From Candidatus Marinacidobacterium sp. (GTDB lineage Bacteria; Acidobacteriota; Vicinamibacteria; Marinacidobacterales; Marinacidobacteraceae), in assembly GCA_965204755.1 (NCBI GenBank), contig OZ242011.1, positions 2,368,001 to 2,432,000 on the forward strand: a DNA stretch of 64,000 bases, written 5' to 3'. Shown one piece after another: positions 1 through 9,589 of this stretch. Position numbers and translations under genes: made by a program. The notes under the pieces are model-generated. The model was given only the letters and a program-made list of their open reading frames with translations. It searched no databases and had not been told where the DNA came from. The stretch's first letter is position 1; each line of letters opens with the position of its first letter.

Positions 1-469
1 AGGCGCCGGGCACCGGGATGCCCAGGAGCCGGTAGTACACGCTCAACTGGCCCCGGTGGTGGATCAGGTGGCTGATGATGAAACCGCGGAGCGCGGCGAC
101 CCGCGGCCCCTCGAAGATCACCTTCTCGCCCATGAGCAGCCGCCAGTCGGCGACGAAGGCCCCGTCGGGAGTCGCCCGCAGTTCCTTCAGGAAGTCGGCG
201 ATGACCCGCTCGTGGTTCTCCGTCAACTCGGCTGCCGTCCGCCAGTCGGGCGACTTGTAGTCGGAGGTCGCGAAGTCGAACGAGTCGGCGCGGAGGATGC
301 TGAGCGCCCAGATCGGCGTCTCGACGATGTGGCTCGCGAGTTTCGCGGCGGTCATCGACTTCTCGTGGGGCCGGAAGTCTGCGCGGGAGTCGTCGAACCG
401 CTCCAGGAAGCGGGCGGTGGTCTTGGCCTCGATTTCGACTTCGGTAGCGATGCCTTCGGCGATGGTCAT
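1..469 (-). CDS. DinB family protein (3' end runs off window)
   Basis: Not in ORF track. Manual minus-strand translation from ATG at 469: MTIAEGIATEVEIEAKTTARFLERF...FRPHEKSMT...LASHI...ISHLIHHRGQLSVYYRLLGIPVPG; the HHRGQL motif is typical of DinB; purine-rich RBS (GGAGAAGGAGAG) upstream. Confidence 0.85.
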   Translation of the reverse strand, partial: MTIAEGIATEVEIEAKTTARFLERFDDSRADFRPHEKSMTAAKLASHIVETPIWALSILRADSFDFATSDYKSPDWRTAAELTENHERVIADFLKELRATPDGAFVADWRLLMGEKVIFEGPRVAALRGFIISHLIHHRGQLSVYYRLLGIPVPGA

Positions 470-596
470 GCGGATGCTCTCCTTCTCCGGCGGAGGTTTC
501 GGGTTTCGGGGGCGGTGGGGGGAGGATGCTAACGGCGCGGACACCTTCGACGGCTAGCATCCCCGGCCCCTGCGCCTCGCCCTTTTTCTGCTCGTC

Positions 597-1505
597 TTGA
601 CTGCCGCCGACCTTCGGGGCGCCCGCCTCGCGGCGGCCGCCGACTCCCTCCCGGCTTCGCCGCCGGTCGCGCCCGTCGAGAGGGTGATTCCCGAGGCGGC
701 GCGGCGCGGCGAAGCCGAAACCGGCGCCGAGAGCCCGGAGAACGGCCGGGCGCCCGAAGTCGCCGCCGAAGACGGGCGGTTCGAGTTCCGGACCACTGAG
801 ATCCAAGGCCGCTCCTACCGCTGGCAAGTGTTCGTTCCCGGGGCCGTGGCCGCCGGCGAGGACCCGAACCCGGCGGTCATCCTGTTCCTCCACGGCGCCG
901 GCCAGCGCGGGAGCGACGGCGAGCGGCAGACCGAGATCGGGTTGCCGGCGGTGCTCCGCGAACGCCCCGACTTCCCGGCGGTGGTGGTGATGCCGCAGTC
1001 GCCGCGCAGCGCCTGGTGGGGCAATCCGCGGATTGAGGCGCTGGCCCTCGCCGCGCTCGACAGCGCGGTCGCCGAGTTCGGCGGCGACCCCGACCGCATC
1101 TACCTGACCGGGCTCTCTCTCGGCGGCTACGGAACCTGGGCCTTCGCCTACCGCTACCCGGACCGGTTCGCCGCGCTCATCCCGGTCTGCGGCGGGGTCA
1201 CGCCGAGGAATTCGCGGCTGCCGACGCCGGACTGGCATCCCGGCGCGGTGCGGCCGGAAGACCCGTTCGGCGAGACCGCCGGCGCCATCGCCGGAATCCC
1301 GGTCTGGATCTTCCACGGCGAACGGGACCGCCGCATTCCGGTCACGGAATCGCGCCGGATGGCGAAGGCGCTGCGGGCGGCCGGCGGCTCGCCCCGCTAC
1401 ACGGAGTACCCGGGAGTCGGCCACGACTCGTGGACCCCGGCGTACCGGGAGGAGGGCCTCTACGAGTGGCTCTTCGCCCAACGCCTCTCCGACCGCTCGC
1501 CGTAG
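597..1505 (+). CDS. alpha/beta hydrolase (phospholipase/carboxylesterase or prolyl oligopeptidase-like)
   Basis: LFLHGAG, nucleophile elbow GLSLGG, WIFHGERD, EYPGVGHDSW; start uncertain. Confidence 0.85.
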   Translation: MTAADLRGARLAAAADSLPASPPVAPVERVIPEAARRGEAETGAESPENGRAPEVAAEDGRFEFRTTEIQGRSYRWQVFVPGAVAAGEDPNPAVILFLHGAGQRGSDGERQTEIGLPAVLRERPDFPAVVVMPQSPRSAWWGNPRIEALALAALDSAVAEFGGDPDRIYLTGLSLGGYGTWAFAYRYPDRFAALIPVCGGVTPRNSRLPTPDWHPGAVRPEDPFGETAGAIAGIPVWIFHGERDRRIPVTESRRMAKALRAAGGSPRYTEYPGVGHDSWTPAYREEGLYEWLFAQRLSDRSP

Positions 1506-1514
1506 TCCGCCGCC

Positions 1515-2183
1515 ATGGCGCGGGGGCACCTGCGGCGCCGGCCCGATGCCCGTCCGGACGGGTTCGGTCTCGAACTGGACGACCTGGAGCAGCCGCTCGA
1601 TCCGGGACGGTTGTTCGGCGAGGCGGGGGAACCCGCCCGCCGACTGGAAGTCGAGATCGGCTCCGGCCGGGGTTCCTTCCTGATCGCCGAAGGAGAGGCG
1701 CGCCCGGAGACCCGGTTCCTGGGGGTCGAGCGGGCGCGGCGGTATTGGCGCTTCGCCGCCGACCGGCTGCGGCGGCGCGAGCGAACGAACGCCCGGATAC
1801 TCCGCGCCGACGCCCTCGAAGTCTTCCGGGCGCTGCCGGCGGGCTCGGTCGCCGCGGTCTGGGCGTTCTTCCCGGACCCGTGGCCGAAGCGCCGCCACGC
1901 GCACCGGCGCCTGCTGGCGCAGGACGCCTTCTACGAGGCCGCGGAGCCCGCGCTGGCCCCCGGCGCGGCGATCCGGGTGGTCACCGACGCCGAGTCGTAC
2001 TTCGCGGAGATCGAGTCCGCCGTGGCGCGACGCACCGCTCTCGTTCGTTGCCCGTACGAACCGCCGACCTCCGCCGAGCCCGGTGAGTTCGCCGGCACGA
2101 ATTTCGAGCGCAAGTACCGCCGGGAAGGACGCCCGATCCACGCGGCCGCCGCGCGCCGCGCCGACGAAGCCGGACCGCCGTAG
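1515..2183 (+). CDS. trmB: tRNA (guanine-N7)-methyltransferase
   Basis: VEIGSGRG SAM motif, FPDPWPKRRHAHRRL, TD, TNFERKY. Confidence 0.93.
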   Translation: MARGHLRRRPDARPDGFGLELDDLEQPLDPGRLFGEAGEPARRLEVEIGSGRGSFLIAEGEARPETRFLGVERARRYWRFAADRLRRRERTNARILRADALEVFRALPAGSVAAVWAFFPDPWPKRRHAHRRLLAQDAFYEAAEPALAPGAAIRVVTDAESYFAEIESAVARRTALVRCPYEPPTSAEPGEFAGTNFERKYRREGRPIHAAAARRADEAGPP

Positions 2184-2210
2184 CGCCCGGCGGCGCCGGC
2201 GAATCGCGGG

Positions 2211-3374
2211 CTACCGGACGAAGACGACGCTTTCCCGGACGAAGAGCCGGGAGCCGAAGCGCAGCAGCCCGTAGGCGCCGAGCAGCGCGATCGCCCCGGC
2301 GAGGGCGATCTGCCAGATGGCCGCGGGTTCGCCGGCGACGATGTCCAGGATCATCAGGTGCTGGCCCAGGATGGGCAGGAACGAAGTCCAGGTCCCCGAC
2401 TCCACCCAGTTGAAGGTCACCGCGAAGAAGGGAACCATCGGGGCGAACGAGAGATACCCGAAGTAGGTCTGGGCTTCCTTGTAGGACTTCGCGTAGGTCG
2501 CCACCACGACCTGCAGCGCCGAGCAGAAGAGCGCGAGCGGCAGCGCGGTGGCCGCCACCAGCGCCCAGTCGCCGGCCGTCGGCGTGATGTTCATCGCGCC
2601 GGGCATGAACCGGAGGACGGCGACGATCGTGACCAATCCCAGCGCGGTCAGGAAACAGGCGAACACCGCGGCGGCGGCCCACTTCCCCACCACCAGCCGC
2701 GCCGCCGGCACCGCGTTCAGCAGGAGCGCTTCGATGGAGCCGCGCTCGCGTTCTCCGGCCACCGCGTCGGCGGAGATCTGCATTCCCCCGAAGAAGGCGT
2801 TCATCAGCAGGAACATGGGAATGAACCCGAGTACGGAGAACACCCGCCGCCGCCGCTCGCTGAACACCTCGCGCCGGCTCACTTCGACCGGCCGCACCAC
2901 CAGCGGGCTGATCCCCCGGGCGACCAGGCGCAGCGACGCCACTTCCTGTCCGTACTGCTCGAGCAGCGCGGAGGCGCGCCGCGCCTTCGCCGAGGCGGCC
3001 GCGCGGGTGCTGTCGGCGACGACCTCCACTCCCGCCGGCCGCGCTTCCCGGAACTCGCTGCGGTAGTCCTCCGGGATGCGGAGCACCAGGTCCGCTTCGC
3101 GGTCACGCACCGCGGCCTCCGGTTCTTCCGGGCCGGCGACGACTTCCACGCCCGGCTGACGGGACAGCCAGTCGGTCAGGTCGGGGGCGTGCTCCCCGCC
3201 GACCACCGGGATCTCCATCTGCCGGACTTCGTCGCGAACGCCCTCGGCGAACCGGCCCATGAACAGCACCAGGATCGGGAAGATGCTGATCGAGATGAAC
3301 ACCGCCACCAGCGCCCGGCGGTCGCGCGCGCCCTCGAGCAGTTCCTTGCGGAAGACGACTCCGGCGGCGCCCAT
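2211..3374 (-). CDS. ABC-2 type permease, NatB-like
   Basis: KELLEGARDRR N-terminus, AGERERGSIEALL motif, several TM segments; directly downstream of the ATPase gene. Confidence 0.88.
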   Translation of the reverse strand: MGAAGVVFRKELLEGARDRRALVAVFISISIFPILVLFMGRFAEGVRDEVRQMEIPVVGGEHAPDLTDWLSRQPGVEVVAGPEEPEAAVRDREADLVLRIPEDYRSEFREARPAGVEVVADSTRAAASAKARRASALLEQYGQEVASLRLVARGISPLVVRPVEVSRREVFSERRRRVFSVLGFIPMFLLMNAFFGGMQISADAVAGERERGSIEALLLNAVPAARLVVGKWAAAAVFACFLTALGLVTIVAVLRFMPGAMNITPTAGDWALVAATALPLALFCSALQVVVATYAKSYKEAQTYFGYLSFAPMVPFFAVTFNWVESGTWTSFLPILGQHLMILDIVAGEPAAIWQIALAGAIALLGAYGLLRFGSRLFVRESVVFVR

Positions 3375-3390
3375 GCGAAGCGGTCCCCGT

Positions 3391-4155
3391 TCAGGCCGCC
3401 GGCGCCGCCGCGCCGCTTCCGCCGGCCGCGGCTTCCGAGTCCGGGCCGGTGAGCGCGACGAAGGCGTCTTCGAGGCTCCCGGTTCCGGCGGCTTCGCGGA
3501 TGCGGTCCGGGGTTCCGTCGGCGGCCACCCGCCCGGCGGCGATGATCACGATCCGGTCGCAGAGCAGCGAGACCTCGTTCATCGCGTGGCTGGAGAACAG
3601 CACCGCGCATCCGCGGTCGCGGAGTTCCCGGATCATCTCCCGCATCCGCCGCGTGCTCATCACATCCAGCCCGTTGGTCGGCTCGTCGAGCAGCACATTC
3701 TGCGGACGGTGGACCAGCGCCCGGGCGAGCAGCACGCGCGAGCGCTCGCCGTGGGAATACCCCTTCGCCCGCCGCTCCACGAACTCCTCCATGTCGAGAA
3801 GCCGGATGAACTCGTCCAGCCGCGCGTCCGCCTCCGCCTCGGGCACCGCCCGCAGCCGGGCGAAGTAGCGGATGTTCTCGCGCCCGGTGAGCCGGGGATA
3901 GAGCGCGTGGGTGTCCGGCAGCGCGCCGATCCGCGCCTGCGCCGCCACGGTCTCCTCGCGGACATCGTGACCGTCCACCCGCACCCGCCCCGCTTCCGGG
4001 GCCATGAGCCCGTACATCATCCGGAGCGCGGTGGACTTGCCGGCGCCGTTGGGCCCGAGCAGGCCGGTGATCTGCCCGTCCTCGGCGGTGAAACTCACTT
4101 CGTCCACGGCGACCACCTGCCCGAAGGTCTTGCGGAGGCCGGTGACTTCGATCAC
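3391..4155 (-). CDS. ABC transporter ATP-binding protein, NatA-like
   Basis: Walker A GPNGAGKST, YSHGE signature, LLDEPTNGLD Walker B; GTG start at 4155 overlaps the upstream TGA (GTGA). Confidence 0.92.
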   Translation of the reverse strand: MIEVTGLRKTFGQVVAVDEVSFTAEDGQITGLLGPNGAGKSTALRMMYGLMAPEAGRVRVDGHDVREETVAAQARIGALPDTHALYPRLTGRENIRYFARLRAVPEAEADARLDEFIRLLDMEEFVERRAKGYSHGERSRVLLARALVHRPQNVLLDEPTNGLDVMSTRRMREMIRELRDRGCAVLFSSHAMNEVSLLCDRIVIIAAGRVAADGTPDRIREAAGTGSLEDAFVALTGPDSEAAAGGSGAAAPAA

Positions 4156-5747
4156 TCGGCGCCCCCGTCCTCTTCGCGGTCCCGCCCGCCCTCTTCGCCG
4201 GTCGGCGGCAGGTCGGGCCCGGTGGCGGACCTCCAGAACGCCGGCCGGTCGAGGTCCGCGAGACACGACGCGTCCAGCGCGTCCGGGTCGGCGGTGTCGA
4301 AGAACTCGGCGACCAGCCGGGGCGCGCATCCCGAGCCGAGGGTCCCGTGGGCCGCACCGGGTACCACCAGGTGGCGCGAGCGGCTCAGCGTCTTCGCGGC
4401 GTGTTCTCCCCAGCGGGGGGGCGTCACCGGGTCGAGTTCGCCGGACAGGATGAGCACCGGCGCGTCGGAGACCACCGGCTCCCGGTAGCCGGGCGGCAGT
4501 TCGCCCCGCGGCCAGACGCGGCAGGCCTCGCGCATTCCTTCCACCATGAAGGCGCCGAAGACGGTTTCCTCCGCGGCGGCTTCGGCTTCGTCCTCGCCGA
4601 CGAAGGGGAGGTCCTCGGCGCAGAGCACGGAGAGGAACATGCCGGGCGCGATCCGCGGGCCGCTCGCCGGGTCGGCGAAGACCAGCAGCGGGCCGAAGTC
4701 CCCGTCGAGCGCGCTCTCCACGATCAACGGGGTGAGCGACGCGGTGGAGGGGTTGTAGAGCAGCGCCCGGAGGATGCCGGCCACTTCCTCCCGGCGGAGC
4801 GGCCGCTCCTCCCACTCGCCGGTGCGGGCGTGGCGGACCCGGAACCGGCGCGGCGGATCGCGGTCGAGGCTGGCGAGCAACTCGTCCACCATCTCCGGCA
4901 GCCGGGGGAATCGCGCTGCGCAGTCGGCGTCCTCGGCGCAGCCGGCGAGGAGCAGGTTCAGCGCCCGCTGTCCGTCCGCGGCGAAGGAGAGCGGGATGCG
5001 CATGTCCACCGGGGCGACGCCGTCGAGGACCACCGCGCGCACGCTTTCCGGGTGGCGCCGCAGGTACACCAGCGCGGCGCGGGTGCCGTAGGAGCCGCCC
5101 CAGAGGTTGATCCGGCCGTAGCCGAGGGCTCGGCGCACGGTCTCCAGGTCGTCCATGGCCACCGGGGTGGTGTAGTGCTCGGGCGCGGCGTCGAGTTCGG
5201 CCAAGCACTCCCGCCAGTCCGCTTCCGGGATTTCCGGCAGCCCGGTCTCCGAGGAGATCGAGGGTTCCTCTTCGAACAGGCTGCAGGTCAACTGGTTGGA
5301 GGCGCCCGTGCCGCGCTGGTCCACCAGCACGATGTCGCGGGTCCGGACCACCTCCGGGAGCCGGGCGCCCACCGGCATCGCCAGGTCGGTCGCCGCCTGC
5401 CCGGGGCCGCCGGCGAGGATGAAGACCGGGTCGTCCGCCGCGCCTTCCTCATCCGCGGGAAGCACCATCACCCGGAGCGGGATCGTCCGGCCCTCGGGGT
5501 CGTCCGGGTCCTCCGGGACTTCCACCACGCGGCAAAGCGCCCCTTCGGGCCCGTCACCGGCTGGACAGGGGGCGAGACCGGCGCCCGGGGTCTCGTCCGC
5601 CTCGCCGCCCGCGCTCTCCCCGGCGGCGGCGGAATCGGCCTCCAGGCGCGGCGCCTCCTCCGGGCCGCCGCCGAAGAAGCGGAAGAGCGCCAGCGCCGCC
5701 GCGGCAGCCAGGCCGGCGAGCCACCGGCCGCGGCGCGAAGTCCCCAC
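4152..5747 (-). CDS. TAP-like (tripeptidyl peptidase) alpha/beta hydrolase with N-terminal signal/anchor
   Basis: AGGPGQ, DQRGTG, GGSYGT nucleophile, SGELDPVTPP, GAAHG; translationally coupled to the ABC pair. Confidence 0.88.
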   Translation of the reverse strand: MGTSRRGRWLAGLAAAAALALFRFFGGGPEEAPRLEADSAAAGESAGGEADETPGAGLAPCPAGDGPEGALCRVVEVPEDPDDPEGRTIPLRVMVLPADEEGAADDPVFILAGGPGQAATDLAMPVGARLPEVVRTRDIVLVDQRGTGASNQLTCSLFEEEPSISSETGLPEIPEADWRECLAELDAAPEHYTTPVAMDDLETVRRALGYGRINLWGGSYGTRAALVYLRRHPESVRAVVLDGVAPVDMRIPLSFAADGQRALNLLLAGCAEDADCAARFPRLPEMVDELLASLDRDPPRRFRVRHARTGEWEERPLRREEVAGILRALLYNPSTASLTPLIVESALDGDFGPLLVFADPASGPRIAPGMFLSVLCAEDLPFVGEDEAEAAAEETVFGAFMVEGMREACRVWPRGELPPGYREPVVSDAPVLILSGELDPVTPPRWGEHAAKTLSRSRHLVVPGAAHGTLGSGCAPRLVAEFFDTADPDALDASCLADLDRPAFWRSATGPDLPPTGEEGGRDREEDGGAE

Positions 5748-6028
5748 GACCGGAAGGATAGAGGCCGCCGGCGCGCTTGCCCGCCGCGGCGGCGGGAACG
5801 GCCGGGCGGTTATCGCATTCCGCCGGAACGCGCCCGAATCAGGCGAGGAGCGCCTTGTGGACGGCCGTTCTCGGGCGGTACGCGGGGGGTCGGTCGCAGG
5901 CGCCCCGGGAACCCGGCCGCCCCGCAGCGGTTCCGGCGCCGGCGCGAAGAGGCCGCCCGTGAAGTCCGGCGACCGGCGCGGTCAGCCCCTGGATCCGACG
6001 GCCGCGCGGCTACCCCGGCGGCGCGACA

Positions 6029-6068
6029 GGGGTTCAGCGCGACCGGGGTTCAGCGCGACGGGGGTTCA
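6029..6068. repeat. short direct repeat GGGGTTCAGCGCGAC, 16-nt period, about 2.5 copies
   Basis: Copies at 6029 and 6045, partial at 6061 overlapping the stop codon of the lipoprotein gene. Confidence 0.7.
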
Positions 6069-6656
6069 CTCGGGCGGGGCGCACACCGGGTCGTCGAACA
6101 CCGCGCTCCCGACTGCCCCGTCGTCGGTCAGCGCGATGCTCCACGATCCGTCCCCTCGCGACGCCAGGAGGGAACGGGCCGCATCCGGGAGGAGGTACGG
6201 CTCCCCCTCCGCGCCGACGGACATCCGGAAGGGGTAAACGGTCGCGCCCGCCGGACGGAGCGCCACCTGGAGGTCCCCCGGATTTCGCAATACCGGTTCG
6301 AGTTCCGAGCCGCGGCGGATTCGTTCTCCGTCCCGGACCGCGCCGAACCGGGTCGCCGCCTGGTCGGGCTTCCACACGACCGAGTTCCAGGTGGGCGTTC
6401 CTCCGTCGAGGCTTTCCGTGGTGAACAGGGACGCCGGAAGCGTCCTCGCTTCCACCGCGAGGGTCAGGTAGGTCCTGAGGAACCGGACCCCGTTCGGGTT
6501 CCGGGTCGGGGTGATGTCGGTGACGCACCCGAACACCCGGGCCGGGGGCGGAGGCGGCGGAGGCGCCGCCGGCGCCGCCGGGGCCGGTGTGGTGGAGGTT
6601 CCGCTCCCGCCGCACGAAGCGAGCAGCAGGAGGGCGATCAACAGGAGCAGCGGCAT
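6066..6656 (-). CDS. hypothetical lipoprotein
   Basis: MPLLLLIALLLLASC lipobox, Pro/Ala linker, then a small globular domain with two Cys. Confidence 0.7.
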   Translation of the reverse strand: MPLLLLIALLLLASCGGSGTSTTPAPAAPAAPPPPPPPARVFGCVTDITPTRNPNGVRFLRTYLTLAVEARTLPASLFTTESLDGGTPTWNSVVWKPDQAATRFGAVRDGERIRRGSELEPVLRNPGDLQVALRPAGATVYPFRMSVGAEGEPYLLPDAARSLLASRGDGSWSIALTDDGAVGSAVFDDPVCAPPE

Positions 6657-6988
6657 GGAACGAATCCGGTTTCCGGGACGGGGGATCGCCGGTGGCGCGG
6701 AGGCCGCCGGAGACGCGGCCGTCCCATCGGCGATACGGGGCGGGTGGCGGGTCGCGAAGCGCCGCGGGAGAAATCGAAAGGCGATGGCGCCTTCCGCAGT
6801 CGCCCGCGGGAAACCCTTCGCCGAAGGGTAGCCGTATCGAGAGGACGCCGGACGGTCGGGGCGTCGACCGGCGCTCCGCGCCCCGGCCGCCGCGGTGCTG
6901 GCGCCGTGAAGTCCGCCGGTGAAGCCCGTTCGGCCCCGCTCCGGTCCGGGAGAGCGGCGGCCGGCTCACCCGCGTCGCGGGTGTCGGA

Positions 6989-9463
6989 TCAGGTGCGGAG
7001 CGCCTCGCGGATGTCCAGGCGCGAAGCCTGCGCCGCGGGCTGCAAACTCGCCGCGAACACCGCCGCGAGCAGGCCGATCGGCGCGAGCGCGAACACCGCA
7101 GGGTCGAACGGCTCGACGGCGAAGAGGAACGGGCTGAGGTCGCTTCCCGCCACGCGGGTGAGCAGCCAGGACAGGAACAACCCCGGCAGGAGCCCGAAGA
7201 GCGCGATCCGCGCTCCGTCCCGCAACACCAGCGACCGGATGTCCGCCGGCCGGGCGCCGAAGGCCATCCGCACCCCGTGCGCCGGAACCGCGGCGTTCGC
7301 CCGCCAGCCGACGACGCCGAACACGCCGAACGCGGCCAGCAGGGCCGCGGCGCCGGAGAAGCCGCCGAGCAGCAGCGCGTAGAGCCGGGGCTGGGCCACC
7401 GACTCGCCGACGCGGGCCTCCAGGGTCGTCAGGTCGAGCGCCCGGAGTTCGGGGTCCACCTCCCGGACGCGCGCCGCCGCCGCTTCCGCCACCGCAGCGC
7501 CGGGGGCGTGCCGGGCCACCACGCTCAGGTTGGGGAACGCCCCGCCGCCGCCCGGCCGCGGCGCCGGAATCCCCGACTCCCGGATCAACAGGTAGAGGAT
7601 CGGCTCCGTCGGCGTGTCCACGCCCTCTTCGTGGACATCGCCCACGACCCCGACGATTCGTCCCAGGCCCGCGAGTTCCAGTCCGACCGGCTCGTCCTCG
7701 AGGTAGCGGCTCACCAAACTGGCGTTCACGATCGCGATCGGGTCGGCGCTCGTCCGGTCGGTCTCCTCGTACGCCCGGCCGGCCTGCAGCGGGATGCCCA
7801 TCGCCCGGAAGTAACCGGGCGAGACTCGTCTCAGCAGCGCCCGGGGCACTTCGTTCGGGTCGGTGGACGGTTCGTCGCCGATCCGCCGGAACCCGATGAC
7901 CGCCCGTTCGCCGGTCAGCGGGAGCGTGTCCACGATCCCGACTTCGAGGACTCCGGGCACGGCCGCGACCGATTCCCGGATCCGTTCCAGCGCCGCGATC
8001 TGAGAGGCGGTCTCCGGGTAGCGCGCCTCCGGCAGGCGGACATCGAAGACGACGGTGTTCTCCGGCTGGTAACCCGGGGGCGCGGCGACCTGCGCCAGGA
8101 AACTGCGGACGAAGAGCCCGGCGCCGACGAGGAGCGGCAAGCAGAGGGCGACCTGCACCGAAGCGAAGAGTCCCCGGTGTCCGGCGCTGCGCGAGCCGCC
8201 GCCGAGGGCGGTGGCGTCGCCGCGTTCCGAAGCGCCGAGGGCGCTCGCCGGAGTGCGGGAGGCCGCCCCGAGCGACGGGACTGCTCCGAAGACCACGGAA
8301 GCGAGGGCCGCGGCCCCGAAACAGAAGACCAGCACCGGCCACTCGACGCGGGCCTCGGCGAGTTGCGGCAGGTCGAGCGCGGTCAGCGAGCGCAGCAGTC
8401 CGGCGCCCTGGACGGAGAGCAGCGCGCCGACCGCGCCGGCGGCGAGCGCGAGAACCACGCTCTCCGCGAACAGCCGTCGGAAGAGACGCCCCCGACCCGC
8501 GCCGAGCGCGCTTCGCACCGCGAGTTCGCGCTCGCGCCCGGCGGCGCGGGTGAGCAGCAGGTTCGCCACATTGCCGCAGGCGATCAGCAGCACCAGGACC
8601 GCGACGCCGAGAAGTGCGAGGAGCGGTTCCCGGATGCGCCGCGTCGAACGCTCGACGAACGAAGCGAGGTGCACGCTGACACCTTCGTTCAGCATTCGTT
8701 CGATCTCGCTCTGCGCGCTCAGCCGTTCGAGGAGCGCGGTGGCTTCCGCTTCGGCCTGTTCATAGGAGGCCTCCGGGCGAAGTCGGGCGACGACCTGCGC
8801 CAACTCGAGCCGCACCTGGCCGGGCTGGAGGGATTCGTCGGCGGCTCGGGGGTAAGGGAGGTAGAGGTCGATTCGGGGGTTGGGGAAGCCGAAACCGTCG
8901 GGCATGACCCCGATCACCTCATAGGGGCGCTCGTCGAGCAGCAGCGAACGCCCGACCACGCCGGGGTCGCCGCCGAACTCGCGGTTCCAGAAGGCGTGGC
9001 TCAGGACGACGACGCCGTCCCGCCCGGGAATCTCTTCCTCCGGGCGGAACCCGCGGCCGAGCGCCGGTCGGGTTCCGAGAACCTCGAACAGGTTGGGCGA
9101 GACCTGCTCGGCGAACACCTGCCGGGGCTCTCCCGGTGCGTTCGCGAGCCCGGCGTAGGAGGCCGCCCGGTCGCCGTACATCGCCATGCCCTCGAATACG
9201 GTGTTCGCGTCGCGCCACTGGCGGAAGTGGTCGGTCGAGAGCGCGGCCACCTCGTCCGGCATCGGGAGGCGGGGGCGGCGCTCCCAGACCTGGGCGAGCC
9301 GATCCGGCTCGGCGTAGGGCGGGGGCTTCAGCAGGACCCCGTACACGCCGGAGAAGGCGGTGGTTACCGCGCCGATTCCGAACCCGAGCGGCAGGCAGAC
9401 GAGAAGGGCGAACCCCGGCCGCTTGGCGACGGTGCGCAGCGCTTCGACGATTTCCTGGATCAC
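6989..9463 (-). CDS. ADOP-family duplicated ABC permease (MacB/FtsX)
   Basis: KRPGFA...LGIGA, LLIACGNVANLLL, RERELAVRSALGAGR, duplicated MacB/FtsX architecture, 824 aa. Confidence 0.92.
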   Translation of the reverse strand: MIQEIVEALRTVAKRPGFALLVCLPLGFGIGAVTTAFSGVYGVLLKPPPYAEPDRLAQVWERRPRLPMPDEVAALSTDHFRQWRDANTVFEGMAMYGDRAASYAGLANAPGEPRQVFAEQVSPNLFEVLGTRPALGRGFRPEEEIPGRDGVVVLSHAFWNREFGGDPGVVGRSLLLDERPYEVIGVMPDGFGFPNPRIDLYLPYPRAADESLQPGQVRLELAQVVARLRPEASYEQAEAEATALLERLSAQSEIERMLNEGVSVHLASFVERSTRRIREPLLALLGVAVLVLLIACGNVANLLLTRAAGRERELAVRSALGAGRGRLFRRLFAESVVLALAAGAVGALLSVQGAGLLRSLTALDLPQLAEARVEWPVLVFCFGAAALASVVFGAVPSLGAASRTPASALGASERGDATALGGGSRSAGHRGLFASVQVALCLPLLVGAGLFVRSFLAQVAAPPGYQPENTVVFDVRLPEARYPETASQIAALERIRESVAAVPGVLEVGIVDTLPLTGERAVIGFRRIGDEPSTDPNEVPRALLRRVSPGYFRAMGIPLQAGRAYEETDRTSADPIAIVNASLVSRYLEDEPVGLELAGLGRIVGVVGDVHEEGVDTPTEPILYLLIRESGIPAPRPGGGGAFPNLSVVARHAPGAAVAEAAAARVREVDPELRALDLTTLEARVGESVAQPRLYALLLGGFSGAAALLAAFGVFGVVGWRANAAVPAHGVRMAFGARPADIRSLVLRDGARIALFGLLPGLFLSWLLTRVAGSDLSPFLFAVEPFDPAVFALAPIGLLAAVFAASLQPAAQASRLDIREALRT

Positions 9464-9589
9464 TGGACTGCTCTCCCCGGTGCGGCGCTCTCGAGGCGTT
9501 CCCCTCGTTCCTCGCGGACGCCGGCAACGAACCTCCGCGCGGCGTTTTCGTTCCCGGCGGGCGCCGGGTCTCTGCCGGAACCGGGCAGC

